From Microcoleus sp. (GTDB taxonomy: Bacteria; Cyanobacteriota; Cyanobacteriia; Cyanobacteriales; Microcoleaceae): 64,000 nucleotides of DNA. The position numbers and the translations under genes are program-made. A model generated the notes under the pieces. It was not told the DNA's origin. It ran no database searches and worked only from the letters and a program-made list of their open reading frames with translations. The stretch lies in assembly GCA_052279835.1 (NCBI GenBank), contig CP181291.1, forward strand, positions 4,672,001-4,736,000, written 5' to 3'. Below are positions 42,337-53,912 of the stretch, piece by piece. Position 1 is the stretch's first letter, and the number at the start of each line of letters is the position of its first letter.

Positions 42337-42778
42337 TTAATCCTAAAAAAAATTACCTAAATCTCGCCTTCGATCTTAACTTAAGAGTTGAACCTTGGCT
42401 GGAGTGGCAATTTTGCTAAATTTGCTGGAAGCTATTTGCAATTTGCCAACCCTGGTTATTCCCAACAGACAAATGGGTTTAATAACTACATTAATCTTTT
42501 TTACATATTTTTGACCAACTCTAAAAAATGTCTTAATATTTTGACTTTTCTTTGAAAAATAGTCTATTGCCCCAGAGTGGGGCATTGGCACAGGGGAATA
42601 GTGCCAGACCGGGAGAGTGGCAGATGACTAATGACTACTGACTTTAGTTTGATGACATCCGCCCCTGAACTTCCAAATCTGAATCCAAAATATGCTATAA
42701 TATACGCAAAAAAAAACCCAAGCTATTAAACTTAGGGGTATCAAATCAGGGTGCATCTATGAATCTACTATGCGGAAT

Positions 42779-43882
42779 CTATGGATCGGCTTCAGGAAAA
42801 TTAGCTCGATTTCCGCCAATGGCTTCCGACAAATAATCTGCGGCTGCTTCCACAACTGCGATCGCATTTTCGTACACCATCCGCGTCGGTCCCAAAACCC
42901 CAACACTCCCCACAGGCAAAGATCCCCGCCGATAAGTGGAAGAAATCAGAGTACAACCGCGAATTGGTTCTAGGGAGTTTTCCGAGCCAATTCTGACTGT
43001 CACCCGTCTACCGGGGGTTTCCAAGTCGGGAGATTCAAAGATTAAGGGCCAAAGTAGTTCCTGTTCTTGTTCGAGGAGTTGAACGAGGGTTTGAACTTGC
43101 TGCAACTGGGAGAACTCCGGTAAACGTAATGCTTCTGCCAAACCGCCGATCAAAATCCGCGTGTATGTGGGAGTCTCGGCCCGACGGCTCAAGGCCGCGA
43201 GCATAGTTCCCATCAACTCAGCGTACAGTTCAAAGTCCTGGTTTAATTCGCTCCAGTCGATCGTACTGAGTTCCGAGAACGAGCGCCCGCGCAATTTAGA
43301 GTTCAAAAAATTGGATAAAATCTGTAATTCGCGATCGACTATTTCTACATCCAGCTTTTTACCTTCTGTGTCTTGAGGTAACTGCACCAACACTGACTGG
43401 GTTTCGTAGGCATCTGTCACCACTATCAGCATCACCTTTCCGGGTTCTAGCTGCACCAGTTGCAAGTGTCGCAAGCAAGCGATATTGGTTTGGGGTATGG
43501 TGATCAGGGCAATGTAACCGCTAATAGTCGCCAGAATTTGAGCGGCACCTCGAAGTACCGCCGAGCGACGACCATCAGACCAATTGAGCTGGTCGAGTAC
43601 CTGTTCCACCTTACCGGCGAGTTTATCTGAAGGCTGGATCAGTCGATCGACATAAAGTCTGTAGCCAGAGTCAGAGGGGACACGTCCTGCAGAAGTGTGA
43701 GGTTGATAGAGGAGTCCTGCTTTTTCGAGAGTTCCCATCGCATTGCGAATTGTAGCTGGGCTGACAGTGAGTTTGTACTCATCAACCAAAGCTTTTGAGC
43801 CAACGGGTTCGGCTGTAGCAATATAGTGGCGAACCGTTGCCCACAGGATGTGTTGTTGCCGATCGGTGAGGTTGACGCGCAC
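42779..43882 (-). CDS. hrcA: Heat-inducible transcription repressor
   Basis: [27 protein letters not shown]. Confidence 0.95.
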   Translation of the reverse strand: MRVNLTDRQQHILWATVRHYIATAEPVGSKALVDEYKLTVSPATIRNAMGTLEKAGLLYQPHTSAGRVPSDSGYRLYVDRLIQPSDKLAGKVEQVLDQLNWSDGRRSAVLRGAAQILATISGYIALITIPQTNIACLRHLQLVQLEPGKVMLIVVTDAYETQSVLVQLPQDTEGKKLDVEIVDRELQILSNFLNSKLRGRSFSELSTIDWSELNQDFELYAELMGTMLAALSRRAETPTYTRILIGGLAEALRLPEFSQLQQVQTLVQLLEQEQELLWPLIFESPDLETPGRRVTVRIGSENSLEPIRGCTLISSTYRRGSLPVGSVGVLGPTRMVYENAIAVVEAAADYLSEAIGGNRANFPEADP

Positions 43883-44018
43883 AGATATTTAAGCTGAATT
43901 TGAATTCAAACAATTTGCCACTATTCAGTTATAGCAGAAGAAACAAGTGAGTTGTGATTTGTGATTGGTTATTTGTGATTCCTTGGCGATCGTAGCAAGA
44001 CCCGATCCCCATTGCCCT

Positions 44019-44885
44019 TTAATCATGCTCGTGGAGGATTTGGGTCAGGTAATTAGCCACTGCATCCGGCTGTTCCAGCATTGCCAAATGACCACAATCT
44101 GGAATCTGAAGCACATTTTCGCCACAACCTTGGAACAGCCAGTGAAAGCTGGCCAAATGCAGTACGTATTTTGGTTCCATAATCTTGTCTTTAGTGCCGG
44201 CAATAAAATAAACAGGCTGTTTGAGTTGGGACACAATTTTTGGCAAGCGGTGAATTTCCGCCTCTGTCGTGGAATCCAGCAAAGCCCCGGTAGCCGCTTC
44301 TGGGCTAGCTGCCACAAAATCTATCAACCGCTGCCTTCCCCAGGAGCGACCGATGGAGTGGGCCACAGAATCACGGGCAAACACGAAATCTAGTAAGGGC
44401 AAGTAAGACAACCAGAGGGGGCGCAGTTTGACTAGCTGCTTGCCCACGGCTCGAAACCGCTCGAATTCTTCCTTAAGATAGATGCCACCACCGGCATTAA
44501 TGCAGAGGACACCTTTAACTCGATCGGACAATTGGCTAGCTCCCCACAGGGCGATGGTACCCCCCAGAGAATGTCCCACCAGCCAAGCACTGGAAATATT
44601 GAGTTTTTCTAATAAAATTTCCAAATCACGAGCATAAGCAGCAGGAGTGTAGGAGGAATTCCCAGGTTGGGAAATCCCGTGAGTGTCATCGTAGGCAATG
44701 GAATCGCCAAACCCGCGCAAATCGTAAGTTAGACATTGATAATTGTCTGCCAAACGTGCGATCGTCGCTTGCCAGTAGTGACGGCTCAACAGCCAGCCGT
44801 GGACAAAAACTAAAACGTGGGGAGTTGTTCTCGGTGCCGTCAAATCGTAGGCGTGCCGAACCCCTAGGATGTCAATGATTGCCAT
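44019..44885 (-). CDS. Alpha/beta hydrolase
   Basis: VHGW, DLRGFG, GHSLGG, CGH. Confidence 0.88.
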   Translation of the reverse strand: MAIIDILGVRHAYDLTAPRTTPHVLVFVHGWLLSRHYWQATIARLADNYQCLTYDLRGFGDSIAYDDTHGISQPGNSSYTPAAYARDLEILLEKLNISSAWLVGHSLGGTIALWGASQLSDRVKGVLCINAGGGIYLKEEFERFRAVGKQLVKLRPLWLSYLPLLDFVFARDSVAHSIGRSWGRQRLIDFVAASPEAATGALLDSTTEAEIHRLPKIVSQLKQPVYFIAGTKDKIMEPKYVLHLASFHWLFQGCGENVLQIPDCGHLAMLEQPDAVANYLTQILHEHD

Positions 44886-44949
44886 AGTCCTATCCTAATT
44901 CAAGAAGGGTTCGCAGACAGCGGATTTTTGGTCAACCACTGACACCTGT

Positions 44950-45675
44950 TTAAAATCGATCGCCGAGCAACCTTTGGCGCACCCCCTCAGCAATTTTCTG
45001 CCCCAAATACTCAGGAATTAAACTTTCATTGGGGCCCAACAAGTAGAGAATTAAGCGAGTCCGCCCCCGCCAAACCAGTAAATTAGCATTCACCACCAAC
45101 AAATCCTCTTGCCAAATGGCATACATAACTTTGTAAAAAAGTCCAGGCTGGTTGTCTGCTTCAATCAGCAAAGCTGGCAAATGGAACACTGGATCGACGT
45201 AGAATTCCGTTGCCACGTCCTCTAAACCCGCGTCTAGATTAAATTCCACCGCCAACATCTCTTCAACTTCAAAATGTCCTGCCAAGGCCTCTCTAACCGC
45301 CCTACAGACGTTTTCTGCGGTTTTATCTGCCAGTACCTTGCCTCCGCGAGATACTACCAATTTGATAAATACCAACATCGGCGGGTAAATTTGACCGTAT
45401 AGACTCAGACTGTGAATCGTTAGTCCATAGGCGGCCAGGACTCCAAAAATATCACTCAACAAAAAAGACTGGTTGCGATAAGCAAAATGCAGGGCACTTT
45501 TGTTACCTTCCGGTCTGACTTCGATGACTGCTTGTCTAGTTTTATACAGTTGATAAGCTAATTTGAGGTTTTGCAGTTGAATTTCACTGCTGACAAATTG
45601 CTCGTAAAACTGCGGAAACGCTCGGTTAAAGCGCTTGAGCAGTTCTAGTGTAGATGGTTTTAAACCCGAAGCCAT
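44950..45675 (-). CDS. Hypothetical protein with probable tandem ACT-like domains
   Basis: NQSFLLSDIFGVLAAYGLTI and DNQPGLFYKV resemble GlnD/ACR ACT repeats. Confidence 0.6.
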   Translation of the reverse strand: MASGLKPSTLELLKRFNRAFPQFYEQFVSSEIQLQNLKLAYQLYKTRQAVIEVRPEGNKSALHFAYRNQSFLLSDIFGVLAAYGLTIHSLSLYGQIYPPMLVFIKLVVSRGGKVLADKTAENVCRAVREALAGHFEVEEMLAVEFNLDAGLEDVATEFYVDPVFHLPALLIEADNQPGLFYKVMYAIWQEDLLVVNANLLVWRGRTRLILYLLGPNESLIPEYLGQKIAEGVRQRLLGDRF

Positions 45676-45962
45676 AATTGAGGGGAAGGTGCGGGAGATA
45701 TACTAGGTTCCGATCGCCATGCACAGGAACGATGCGAAGAGGTTTAAAGTCTCCACGGATGAATTTGTACCCAACTTGATCAGCATCAGAATAGTGGAGA
45801 CTCAATGTGGGACGACAAATCCGTCTTTTCGGCGTAAGATGAGTGTACCGTAAACTGTTGCTGAAAAGATTACCCGCAATTCATCCCATCCCGATCGGAG
45901 TGGGTCTATCTTTCGGGCTCTCTGTAACGTCGTCCAACTTCTACTACCTTAACCGCGCCTGC

Positions 45963-46517
45963 ATGGGTTTTTGGAAAAACTTATTTAGTAGTTCTGAGTC
46001 TGCCTCTGTACCCCAAACAGCAGAATTTGAGGAAGATGTGACTGTTGGGTCTGGCGATCCGCTGTCCCCAACTTTTCGCAAGCCCAACTCCCTCGGCAAC
46101 GCTCGCATCTTTTTTAGTTGCGATCGGGATATTGACCTCTACGAACTCGAAGAACTTTGTAATGCAGTTGGTTGGTCCCGCCGTCCCCTGCGAAAAGTCA
46201 AAAAAGCTATTGTACACAGCTTCTTAGTCGTCTCTATGTGGGAGATCCGGGGCACCCAGCGACGGCTGGTAGGTTTCGCCAGAGCGACTTCAGACCATGC
46301 TTTTAATGCCACGCTATGGGATGTGGTAGTTCATCCTGATTACCAAGGTAAGGGTATGGGCAAGGCACTGATGAAATACATCATTAAAAAACTCCGTAGT
46401 GAAGACATCAGCAACATTACCTTATTTGCTGACCCTCAAGTTGTGGATTTTTACCGAAATTTGGGCTTTATGTCAGATCCAGAGGGGATTAAAGGTATGT
46501 TCTGGTATCCAGATTAG
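45963..46517 (+). CDS. GNAT N-acetyltransferase (Ycf52-like)
   Basis: [30 protein letters not shown]; likely start MGFWK at 45963. Confidence 0.88.
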   Translation: MGFWKNLFSSSESASVPQTAEFEEDVTVGSGDPLSPTFRKPNSLGNARIFFSCDRDIDLYELEELCNAVGWSRRPLRKVKKAIVHSFLVVSMWEIRGTQRRLVGFARATSDHAFNATLWDVVVHPDYQGKGMGKALMKYIIKKLRSEDISNITLFADPQVVDFYRNLGFMSDPEGIKGMFWYPD

Positions 46518-46670
46518 TCGATCGGTCTACGTCAGCGTTGATTTTTGGCAGCAAGGCCAGATTGACGCTGGCATCACCCTGGGAAGTACATTTCGAGCTC
46601 AAATGAAAAAATAGCTTGACAAGTTCCTGGTTTTATGTGTTAATGGTCATGGGGTGGATAACTACCACAC

Positions 46671-46744
46671 CGGGATGTAGCGCAGTTTGGTAGCGCGCCT
46701 GCTTTGGGAGCAGGATGTCGCAGGTTCAAATCCTGTCATCCCGA
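46671..46744 (+). tRNA. tRNA-Pro (TGG)
   Basis: Acceptor stem CGGGATG/CATCCCG, anticodon arm CCTGC-TTTGGGA-GCAGG, GGTTCAAATCC T-arm; TTGACA at 46616. Confidence 0.97.
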
Positions 46745-46994
46745 TTTAACTTAATCCTTGCAGACTGGATTTAAATCTTTTCCCGCTGCTCTTAAAGCAG
46801 GTGTGCGATCGGGGTTATATGCCCCATAGGTAGAATTTATTTATCTATATAAATACAATTCTGCGCCTAAAATGGCTTGCAGGGGCGGGTTTTACGAATA
46901 ATATTTGATGAATACAAACCATCTAAATCAACCCGCCCCTTACTGACTTTGGGTAACTACCGGATTTAAAATTAATCATCCGGCATCCGTTGCC

Positions 46995-48215
46995 TTAAGG
47001 TTCCACCCAGCGATCGTCCGATTTAATCAAGTTAATCAATTCTTCCACACCTCTGTCCTCCGGCACCTTCTTAATTTCTTCCCGGCCCCGGTACAGCGAA
47101 ATATAACCAGCCTGCTTCCCCACATAACCATAGTCAGCATCAGCCATTTCTCCGGGCCCATTGACAATACAGCCCATTACTGCTATGTCCAAACCCGTCA
47201 GATGCTGCGTCGCCGCCCTCACTTTGTGCAGCACTTCCTCTAAATTAAACAAAGTACGACCACAGGAAGGACAAGCCACATACTCAACCATCGTTTTCCG
47301 CAATCCCAAGGCTTGCAGAATGCTGTAGCAGACAGGAATTTCCTTTTCTGGGGCCTCTGTCAGGGAGACGCGGATGGTGTCGCCGATGCCATCAGCCAAT
47401 AGCGGTGCGATCCCCGCGGTGGACTTGATACGGCCATATTCCCCGTCGCCAGCTTCCGTGACACCCAAATGCAGCGGGTAATCCATGCCTAGTTCGTCCA
47501 TCCGGTGTGCCATCAAGCGGTAAGCCGCCACCATCACCGGAGCACGGGAGGCTTTCAGGGAAATGACGATGTTGCCAAAGTCCAGGGATTCGCAAATTTT
47601 GATGAATTCCAGGGCGGATTCTACCATGCCTTCTGGGGTGTCGCCGTAGGTGAACAGCATCCTTTCGGCGAGGGAACCGTGATTGACTCCGATTCGCAAA
47701 GCTTTGCCCTGATCTCGGAGAGATATCACTAGGGGTTCCAGGGTTTCCCTGATTTTTTCGCCAATTTCGGCGAATTCGGCATCGGTATATTCGGTTCTGT
47801 CAGCTTTCGGTTTCTCGAACACGTACAAACCCGGATTGATTCTTACTTTGTCTACGTGTTTGGCCACTTCTAGGGCGATTTTCATGCCATTGTGGTGGAC
47901 ATCGGCAACGAGGGGTACTGGTTGGTAGGTGGCGATCAGTTTTTGCTTGATTTCGGCTAAGGCTTTGGCGTGGGCCATGCTGGGCACGGTGACGCGGACG
48001 ATTTCGCAGCCAATCTCGTGCAATCGCCTAATTCCGGCTACTGAACCGTCGATGTCGAGGGTGTCTTCGTTAATCATCGATTGTACGACGACTGGGTTGC
48101 CGCCACCGATGGTGACGCTACCGACTTTGACTGGTCTGGTTTTGCGCCGTTTGATGGTGGTGTCGAAGGCTGGTTGAGGGTTGGGGGTTTTAGTTGGATT
48201 TGGTAGAGTTTGCAT
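46995..48215 (-). CDS. ispG: HMBPP synthase
   Basis: [41 protein letters not shown]. Confidence 0.97.
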   Translation of the reverse strand: MQTLPNPTKTPNPQPAFDTTIKRRKTRPVKVGSVTIGGGNPVVVQSMINEDTLDIDGSVAGIRRLHEIGCEIVRVTVPSMAHAKALAEIKQKLIATYQPVPLVADVHHNGMKIALEVAKHVDKVRINPGLYVFEKPKADRTEYTDAEFAEIGEKIRETLEPLVISLRDQGKALRIGVNHGSLAERMLFTYGDTPEGMVESALEFIKICESLDFGNIVISLKASRAPVMVAAYRLMAHRMDELGMDYPLHLGVTEAGDGEYGRIKSTAGIAPLLADGIGDTIRVSLTEAPEKEIPVCYSILQALGLRKTMVEYVACPSCGRTLFNLEEVLHKVRAATQHLTGLDIAVMGCIVNGPGEMADADYGYVGKQAGYISLYRGREEIKKVPEDRGVEELINLIKSDDRWVEP

Positions 48216-48584
48216 AATTGATTGCTGGGTTCTGTTACCAAAAGTTTATAAAATTGTCTCTGCTGTTTTTTAGATTGCCACAGAAAGGGTCTGTTTGGAG
48301 ATTGAGGTTTGGGGATTTGGTTTTTTTTAATGGATGTGCGATCGAATTTATGGACTAGGCCCGATCGCACATATTCCGATCGTCTGCCTCGCAATTCTCG
48401 AAAATAGTTTAGAATCTAAAAATGATCTCCAAAACCAATTTGTGCGATCGCACCTGTTAGGATTTTGCAGCCACCATAAAATCTCAAATCGGTTGATTTT
48501 GCAGTTAGCATAAAATCTAACAATCCCCAATCCCCGATCGATCTATCTCACAATCCCAAATCCCCAATCTAAAATCGACAGTTT

Positions 48585-49505
48585 GTGCAACTAAAACAAG
48601 TAATTATTGCCCACAAAGCCAGAGATCCCTTCAGCCAGCGGTGGGCAGAACAATGTGCTCGACAGTTAGAAAGTCGCGGTTGTCATGTTTTGATGGGGCC
48701 TAGTGGCCCAAAAGATAACCCCTACCCGGTGTTTTTGGCTTCTAGTACCAGCCCGATTGATTTAGCTGTGGTGCTTGGTGGTGACGGCACTGCCCTGGCT
48801 GCGGCCCGAAATTTAGCTGCTGATGGTATCCCGATTTTGGCTGCCAATGTGGGGGGACACTTAGGTTTTTTAACTGAATCTTTTGACGATTTCCAAAATA
48901 CTGAAGAGATTTGGGACAGACTTACTGAAGATAGATACGCCGTACAGAAGCGGATGATGTTGCAGGCGGCGATTTTTCAGGGAAATAGAACTAATTTGGA
49001 ACCGGAAAGCGATCGCTTTTTGGCCCTCAATGAAATGTGCATCAAACCTGCTTGCGCCGATCGAATGCCCAGTTGTATTCTGGAAATGGAAATTGACGGC
49101 GAAGTAGTGGATCAATATCAGGGCGACGGCTTAATTGTCGCAACTCCCACCGGTTCGACTTGCTACACCGCATCTGCCAACGGCCCGATTATACACCCTG
49201 GCATGGACGCGATCGCCGTTACCCCCATTTGCCCTTTAAGTTTATCCAGCCGCCCCGTAGTTTTGCCACCCGGTTCTGTAGTCAGCATTTGGCCCTTAGC
49301 AGATTACGAACTGAGTACCAAACTCTGGACAGATGGCATTTTAGGTACTGCCATTTGGCCAGGACAGCGCGTAGACGTGCGGATGGCGGACTGCGAGGCT
49401 AAATTTATCATTTTGCGAGAAAACTATTCTTATTACGGCACTTTGAGAGAAAAACTTCAGTGGGCCGGAGCCCGCATTCGGTATAACAACAATCACCGCA
49501 ATTAA
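48585..49505 (+). CDS. nadK: NAD(+) kinase (paralog 1)
   Basis: GGDGT, LGFL, LNE, TPTGST. Confidence 0.93.
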   Translation: MQLKQVIIAHKARDPFSQRWAEQCARQLESRGCHVLMGPSGPKDNPYPVFLASSTSPIDLAVVLGGDGTALAAARNLAADGIPILAANVGGHLGFLTESFDDFQNTEEIWDRLTEDRYAVQKRMMLQAAIFQGNRTNLEPESDRFLALNEMCIKPACADRMPSCILEMEIDGEVVDQYQGDGLIVATPTGSTCYTASANGPIIHPGMDAIAVTPICPLSLSSRPVVLPPGSVVSIWPLADYELSTKLWTDGILGTAIWPGQRVDVRMADCEAKFIILRENYSYYGTLREKLQWAGARIRYNNNHRN

Positions 49506-49532
49506 AAGGCAATTAAATCCTTAAAAGATACT

Positions 49533-49865
49533 ATGGAAGTCAAAACAGATACGGAGAGAGCCAGTTGTGTTGTAGAAAGAACTTTAGATGTCATTGGCGG
49601 ACGTTGGAAAGTATTAATCCTGCGCGAGCTATTTCAAGGTGTGAAGCGTTTTAATCAGTTGCAAAGGGCCTTAAAAGGCATTACTCAAAAAATGCTGACA
49701 CAACAACTGCGCGAGATGGAGTTACACGGGATTGTCCATCGTGAAATTTACTTGCAGGTTCCTCCTAAAGTCGAATATTCGGTAACACCTTTGGGAGAAA
49801 GCCTCAAACCTATCATCGACGCCATGCACGAATGGGGTGTGAAGTATCTCGATCTAACAAATTAA
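49533..49865 (+). CDS. HxlR family transcriptional regulator
   Basis: GGRWKVLIL, TQKMLTQQLRE, VPPKVEYS. Confidence 0.92.
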   Translation: MEVKTDTERASCVVERTLDVIGGRWKVLILRELFQGVKRFNQLQRALKGITQKMLTQQLREMELHGIVHREIYLQVPPKVEYSVTPLGESLKPIIDAMHEWGVKYLDLTN

Positions 49866-50093
49866 TTTTGACAATAAATTAGCGATCGCCTTCTAGTTTA
49901 CCTGAAGCGCGATCGCTTTTTATAGCAGTTACCTTAACAGCCTTGGCAGTTGCTATATTTTATGTATTCAACAGGAATTACAGGGGGTCAAAAACCTGGT
50001 TTCTGCGTCAATCTCTCAAGCTGCAACAGCGACGATTTTTGCTCATAAACCGGTTTTTTGCATCCAAGACTGTTTAAAAAGCAATGGCGACTT

Positions 50094-53000
50094 TTAATTT
50101 ACCACTTCAAAAGTTACTGTTCTACTCAGCCACAAGGGTTGATTTTCCGCCACGCCTTCGGGACGACTTTTGCTAGAAGCAACTTGTATTCTGTCACTAT
50201 CTATTCCTTTATTCACTAAAGCTACTTTCACATTTTTCGCCCTTTCCAGTGCCAATCTTTGATTTTCGGCAGGATTGCTTTTAAAATCGCTATGTCCAAT
50301 TACTCTCAAATTCTTGCCTTTATTTTCTGCCATAAATGCCTTGATTTCTTTCATTTTTTGGGTGATGTCATTCGGCTGCAAAGTAGCAGCGCCCACACCA
50401 AAATAAATCCTAATTCCCATTGCCTTAGACAGTGGTTTAGTTCCTATTACCACTGTATTTGTGACCGACTTCACCCCCGGAATTTTCGCAAAAGCTTCAG
50501 TTATTTTCTGAGCATCTTTTGCCTGGAGTACGCTACCTTCTACGGTGACTTTCTCGGCCGCATAACGAGCCGAAATGTCAATGCTTTCTACTTTGTTCAA
50601 CAGAGCCACTGTCCGCTTGACATCCGCCTCCACTAACACTGGGTCTGGAGGTACTTCCACAGCTATAATTTTATTGTCTAAGGTTAATTGTGGCACAACT
50701 CTTTGAGCGATTTGTAAGGCTCTTGAACGCAATTTCTGATTCGGTACTCGTCCCGAAAGCTCTGCTACTTTACCTTTCACATCTGCGGTGAGTCGATAAA
50801 CTGATAATTCGGGAGCAGACTGTAAAGCTAAATTTGTCTCAGCTTCTAATCTGCGTTCAATTCCACTACGGTATTGATAAATCCCCCAAGGTACTATAAT
50901 TAAACCTAAAAGTCCAAATCCCACCATTAATAATGCTTTAGGTTGAGTGGATTTAGGTTTGACATTTGTATCAATTAATTTCCGCAACTCCGAATTGACT
51001 TCCACAGGGATACTGGCTGGATCTCCATTAAATGACTGGATTTTATTGCCGTATTCTTGAACAATCTTTTTGAAAATAGCTCGCATTTTGTACTTAAACC
51101 ATTGGCGTGTTTCTCCTTCCACCACTACCGCTAGATAACAGGAACCCGCTACTTCCAATAAAATCGTAGATGTCCCGTATTCTATGGCATCAATTTCTGC
51201 AATATTGCCAGACTGAGAGATACAGTCGTTAACAAAAGAACGAATCGCAGTCAACATCCCCGCCACCATTTCCGATTCTAGCTGCTCACTTTGTGACTGT
51301 TGCACTGCTGTAATTACTAACCCAGAGTCTTTTTGAATTAAAAATACTGCCTTAACACTTGATGGTGTTGTCTCTTTCATCAGCAATTCTGCTTCAGAAA
51401 TCCCTTGTAACTTAGCTTTAAATTTGCGGGTAATTCCCTCAAGGCTCACCGCTTTTTCGAGTTTTTCATTAATCTCCTGTATCGTCTCGGCCATGTACTT
51501 CAAAATCGTACTACCGATAATCGGGTAGAGTGCATCCGACATCGCTTCTGTATTAAGATTAATTTGTCTTCTCACAGCAGAGGCAATTTCCGGTGCGATC
51601 GCCTGTGCAATCTCATCTGGCGATTCATTGATGCGGTGGCTGATTCCCACAGGTATCGCTGGAGCTATTGCGATTCCCATAGATTGCCTATTTTCCCTGG
51701 TTTTGTTATTAATTACTTGATCGATTATGGGGGCAATTGTTTCAGTAAATGCTTCCTGGGATTCGTTAATTGTGTCTAGCATCATTTCCAGAAAAATGGC
51801 TTTAATTTTGGCAACTAATGCTTCCTCATTGCCACCCCATTGAGCATCATTGATTTTACGTTCCAGATTTTCTACTTTATCATTTAGTTGATAATTATAA
51901 TTAACAACTTCATCTAATAAAGGCAAAATTGATTCAATGACAGATTGTTCTAGTTGCTTGTGATGACCCACCATAAGTTCGTCAATTAAAGGCTTCAATA
52001 AATCTGTAAACAAGTCAGTAGATTCATAAATTCGGTGTTCGATCGCGACAATTTTTTGTTCTATTTTCCCCAGTCTTTCTTCAATTCTTTTATTTTGAAT
52101 AATGGCATCCACCGCAGGACCGATCGCACTTTCTATCTCTACTCTTGCTTCGCTGATTTTTTCCAACAGCATCTGAGATATCCGTGGCATAATCCTTGCC
52201 ATCAACCCTTCTAACTGGGCGACTGTTTCGTGCTGAACTTCGATAATTTGATGCTCATTTCTTAAGATTTTTGCTTCTATGCCACTGTTTTGAAAAGCTT
52301 CGTTGATGCCTGGTGCGATCGCCTCTCTCACCTCTAACTTTGTCTCATCTATCTTCCGATTCAGCGACTCAATCATTAACGGCATCAGCCTGGCCATTAT
52401 TTCTTCCGGTTGAGAATTCTGCTTTTTCTGAATCAGATTAACTTTATTTTCTACATTCAACAGTTGCCCTTTAATTACTTCTTGATGACTGTGGCTAGCC
52501 ATCAAAGGTTCGATGAGGGCTGCTAAATCTAATTTAGATTCCTCTATTTTACGGTTGAGTAACTCCGTGATGATTGGCATTACCCGCCCAATTATTTCTT
52601 CCGGCTGCTGAATTTGTGGTTGTTGATCTACGAGTCGCCCTTCGATGATATTTAATACTTTTTCTTCGATTTCAGCCCAAGCTATTCTCACCTGGGCTGA
52701 GGGTGTCACAGTCTGGATCAGCTCCGATTTTAACTCACTGATTTTCCGATTCAGCGACTCGTTAATTATGGGCAGTAGTTGTTTGACTAAATCTTCCGGC
52801 TGCTGCTGAAAACGCTGTTGAACGTGAGCAACTTGATGTTCAATATTTAATACTTTTTCTTCCAGGCCGTTTTGGTGGTTAATTACTTCCTTAACTGCCG
52901 GTGCAATTTTTGAATCTACCCCTAACTTCGACTCCTCTAGTTTGCGGTTGAGCAAATCGCTGATTATGGGAGTCAGCCCTTTGATTAACTGTTCGGAATT

Positions 53001-53696
53001 GGGGATTTTTTGCTGAGAGAGAATCGCGATTTGTTTTTGTAATTCTACTACTTTTGCTTCTATTTCACTCTGATTAATTCTGGGACTACCATCCGGTGCG
53101 ATCGCCTCTCGCAACTCAGACTTCAATTCCCTGACTTGCCCGCTCAGCAACTCAGGAATTAATGGTGTTAATAATTTTAGCAACTCGTCAGGATCGGAAA
53201 TCAGCCTTTCAAAGTTGGCCAACCTCTGTTCTACGCTCAAAACATTATCATAAAACTCTGGTAAATCCCGTTCAAATAGTAATTGCTGCAACCGCTTTAA
53301 CTTTTCTCTAGCCTCTTCTAAGGTTTCTTCCGAAGGCACTTCCTCGTTTTGGGGCTGGGATTTTCGCGAGCCTAACCGTTCTTTTTTTATGTTTTTATGA
53401 CTGGGATTTTCGGGTTCACTTGTCAAAACTTCGGGGATAATTGCTGGTGATTCTATCAAAAAAGACCATTGCTGATTGGGTTCATTTTTCTCCTCATTAT
53501 TATTGTTAGACATTTTTGTACACCTTAAATTAATTTCGTTAGATTCATTTTTTAATTTTAATAATTGCAACTCCGCCAGCATTTTCATTAATTCTTGAAG
53601 TTGCTCGCCCGCTTTACTACCTATCTGATTTGTAGCATCGGTGTCAGTGTTTTTTAATTGCTCCCTTTCCTCTGAATTCAGATTAAATTCTGTCAT
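50094..53696 (-). CDS. Large repeat/coiled-coil membrane protein with BON domains and a C-terminal OmpA-like domain
   Basis: About 65-aa helical repeats; single TM; BON-like segments; VIGHSD...NQRLALERA...SRTV. Confidence 0.82.
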   Translation of the reverse strand: MTEFNLNSEEREQLKNTDTDATNQIGSKAGEQLQELMKMLAELQLLKLKNESNEINLRCTKMSNNNNEEKNEPNQQWSFLIESPAIIPEVLTSEPENPSHKNIKKERLGSRKSQPQNEEVPSEETLEEAREKLKRLQQLLFERDLPEFYDNVLSVEQRLANFERLISDPDELLKLLTPLIPELLSGQVRELKSELREAIAPDGSPRINQSEIEAKVVELQKQIAILSQQKIPNSEQLIKGLTPIISDLLNRKLEESKLGVDSKIAPAVKEVINHQNGLEEKVLNIEHQVAHVQQRFQQQPEDLVKQLLPIINESLNRKISELKSELIQTVTPSAQVRIAWAEIEEKVLNIIEGRLVDQQPQIQQPEEIIGRVMPIITELLNRKIEESKLDLAALIEPLMASHSHQEVIKGQLLNVENKVNLIQKKQNSQPEEIMARLMPLMIESLNRKIDETKLEVREAIAPGINEAFQNSGIEAKILRNEHQIIEVQHETVAQLEGLMARIMPRISQMLLEKISEARVEIESAIGPAVDAIIQNKRIEERLGKIEQKIVAIEHRIYESTDLFTDLLKPLIDELMVGHHKQLEQSVIESILPLLDEVVNYNYQLNDKVENLERKINDAQWGGNEEALVAKIKAIFLEMMLDTINESQEAFTETIAPIIDQVINNKTRENRQSMGIAIAPAIPVGISHRINESPDEIAQAIAPEIASAVRRQINLNTEAMSDALYPIIGSTILKYMAETIQEINEKLEKAVSLEGITRKFKAKLQGISEAELLMKETTPSSVKAVFLIQKDSGLVITAVQQSQSEQLESEMVAGMLTAIRSFVNDCISQSGNIAEIDAIEYGTSTILLEVAGSCYLAVVVEGETRQWFKYKMRAIFKKIVQEYGNKIQSFNGDPASIPVEVNSELRKLIDTNVKPKSTQPKALLMVGFGLLGLIIVPWGIYQYRSGIERRLEAETNLALQSAPELSVYRLTADVKGKVAELSGRVPNQKLRSRALQIAQRVVPQLTLDNKIIAVEVPPDPVLVEADVKRTVALLNKVESIDISARYAAEKVTVEGSVLQAKDAQKITEAFAKIPGVKSVTNTVVIGTKPLSKAMGIRIYFGVGAATLQPNDITQKMKEIKAFMAENKGKNLRVIGHSDFKSNPAENQRLALERAKNVKVALVNKGIDSDRIQVASSKSRPEGVAENQPLWLSRTVTFEVVN

Positions 53697-53912
53697 AATT
53701 TTCTACCATGATTTGACTTTGACTAATGAAAGGAAATCACCCGTTGGCAACCCCATATAAGGGAAAATCAATAGCAAATTTCAACAGAATCAAGATAACT
53801 GAATATGTCAATAACTACCCTACCTATACTTGATTAACCTTAGTTAATTAACTTGATCTTTTTAGATACTCACCGGGTTCTCTCTCTAGTGGGAGAGAGA
53901 GGGCGATCGGTT

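Noticed and set aside
43882..44018. CIRCE operator upstream of hrcA
   Set aside because: No TTAGCACTC-N9-GAGTGCTAA match seen
46745..46995. Island integrated at tRNA-Pro
   Set aside because: No integrase or duplicated tRNA 3' end; ispG follows directly
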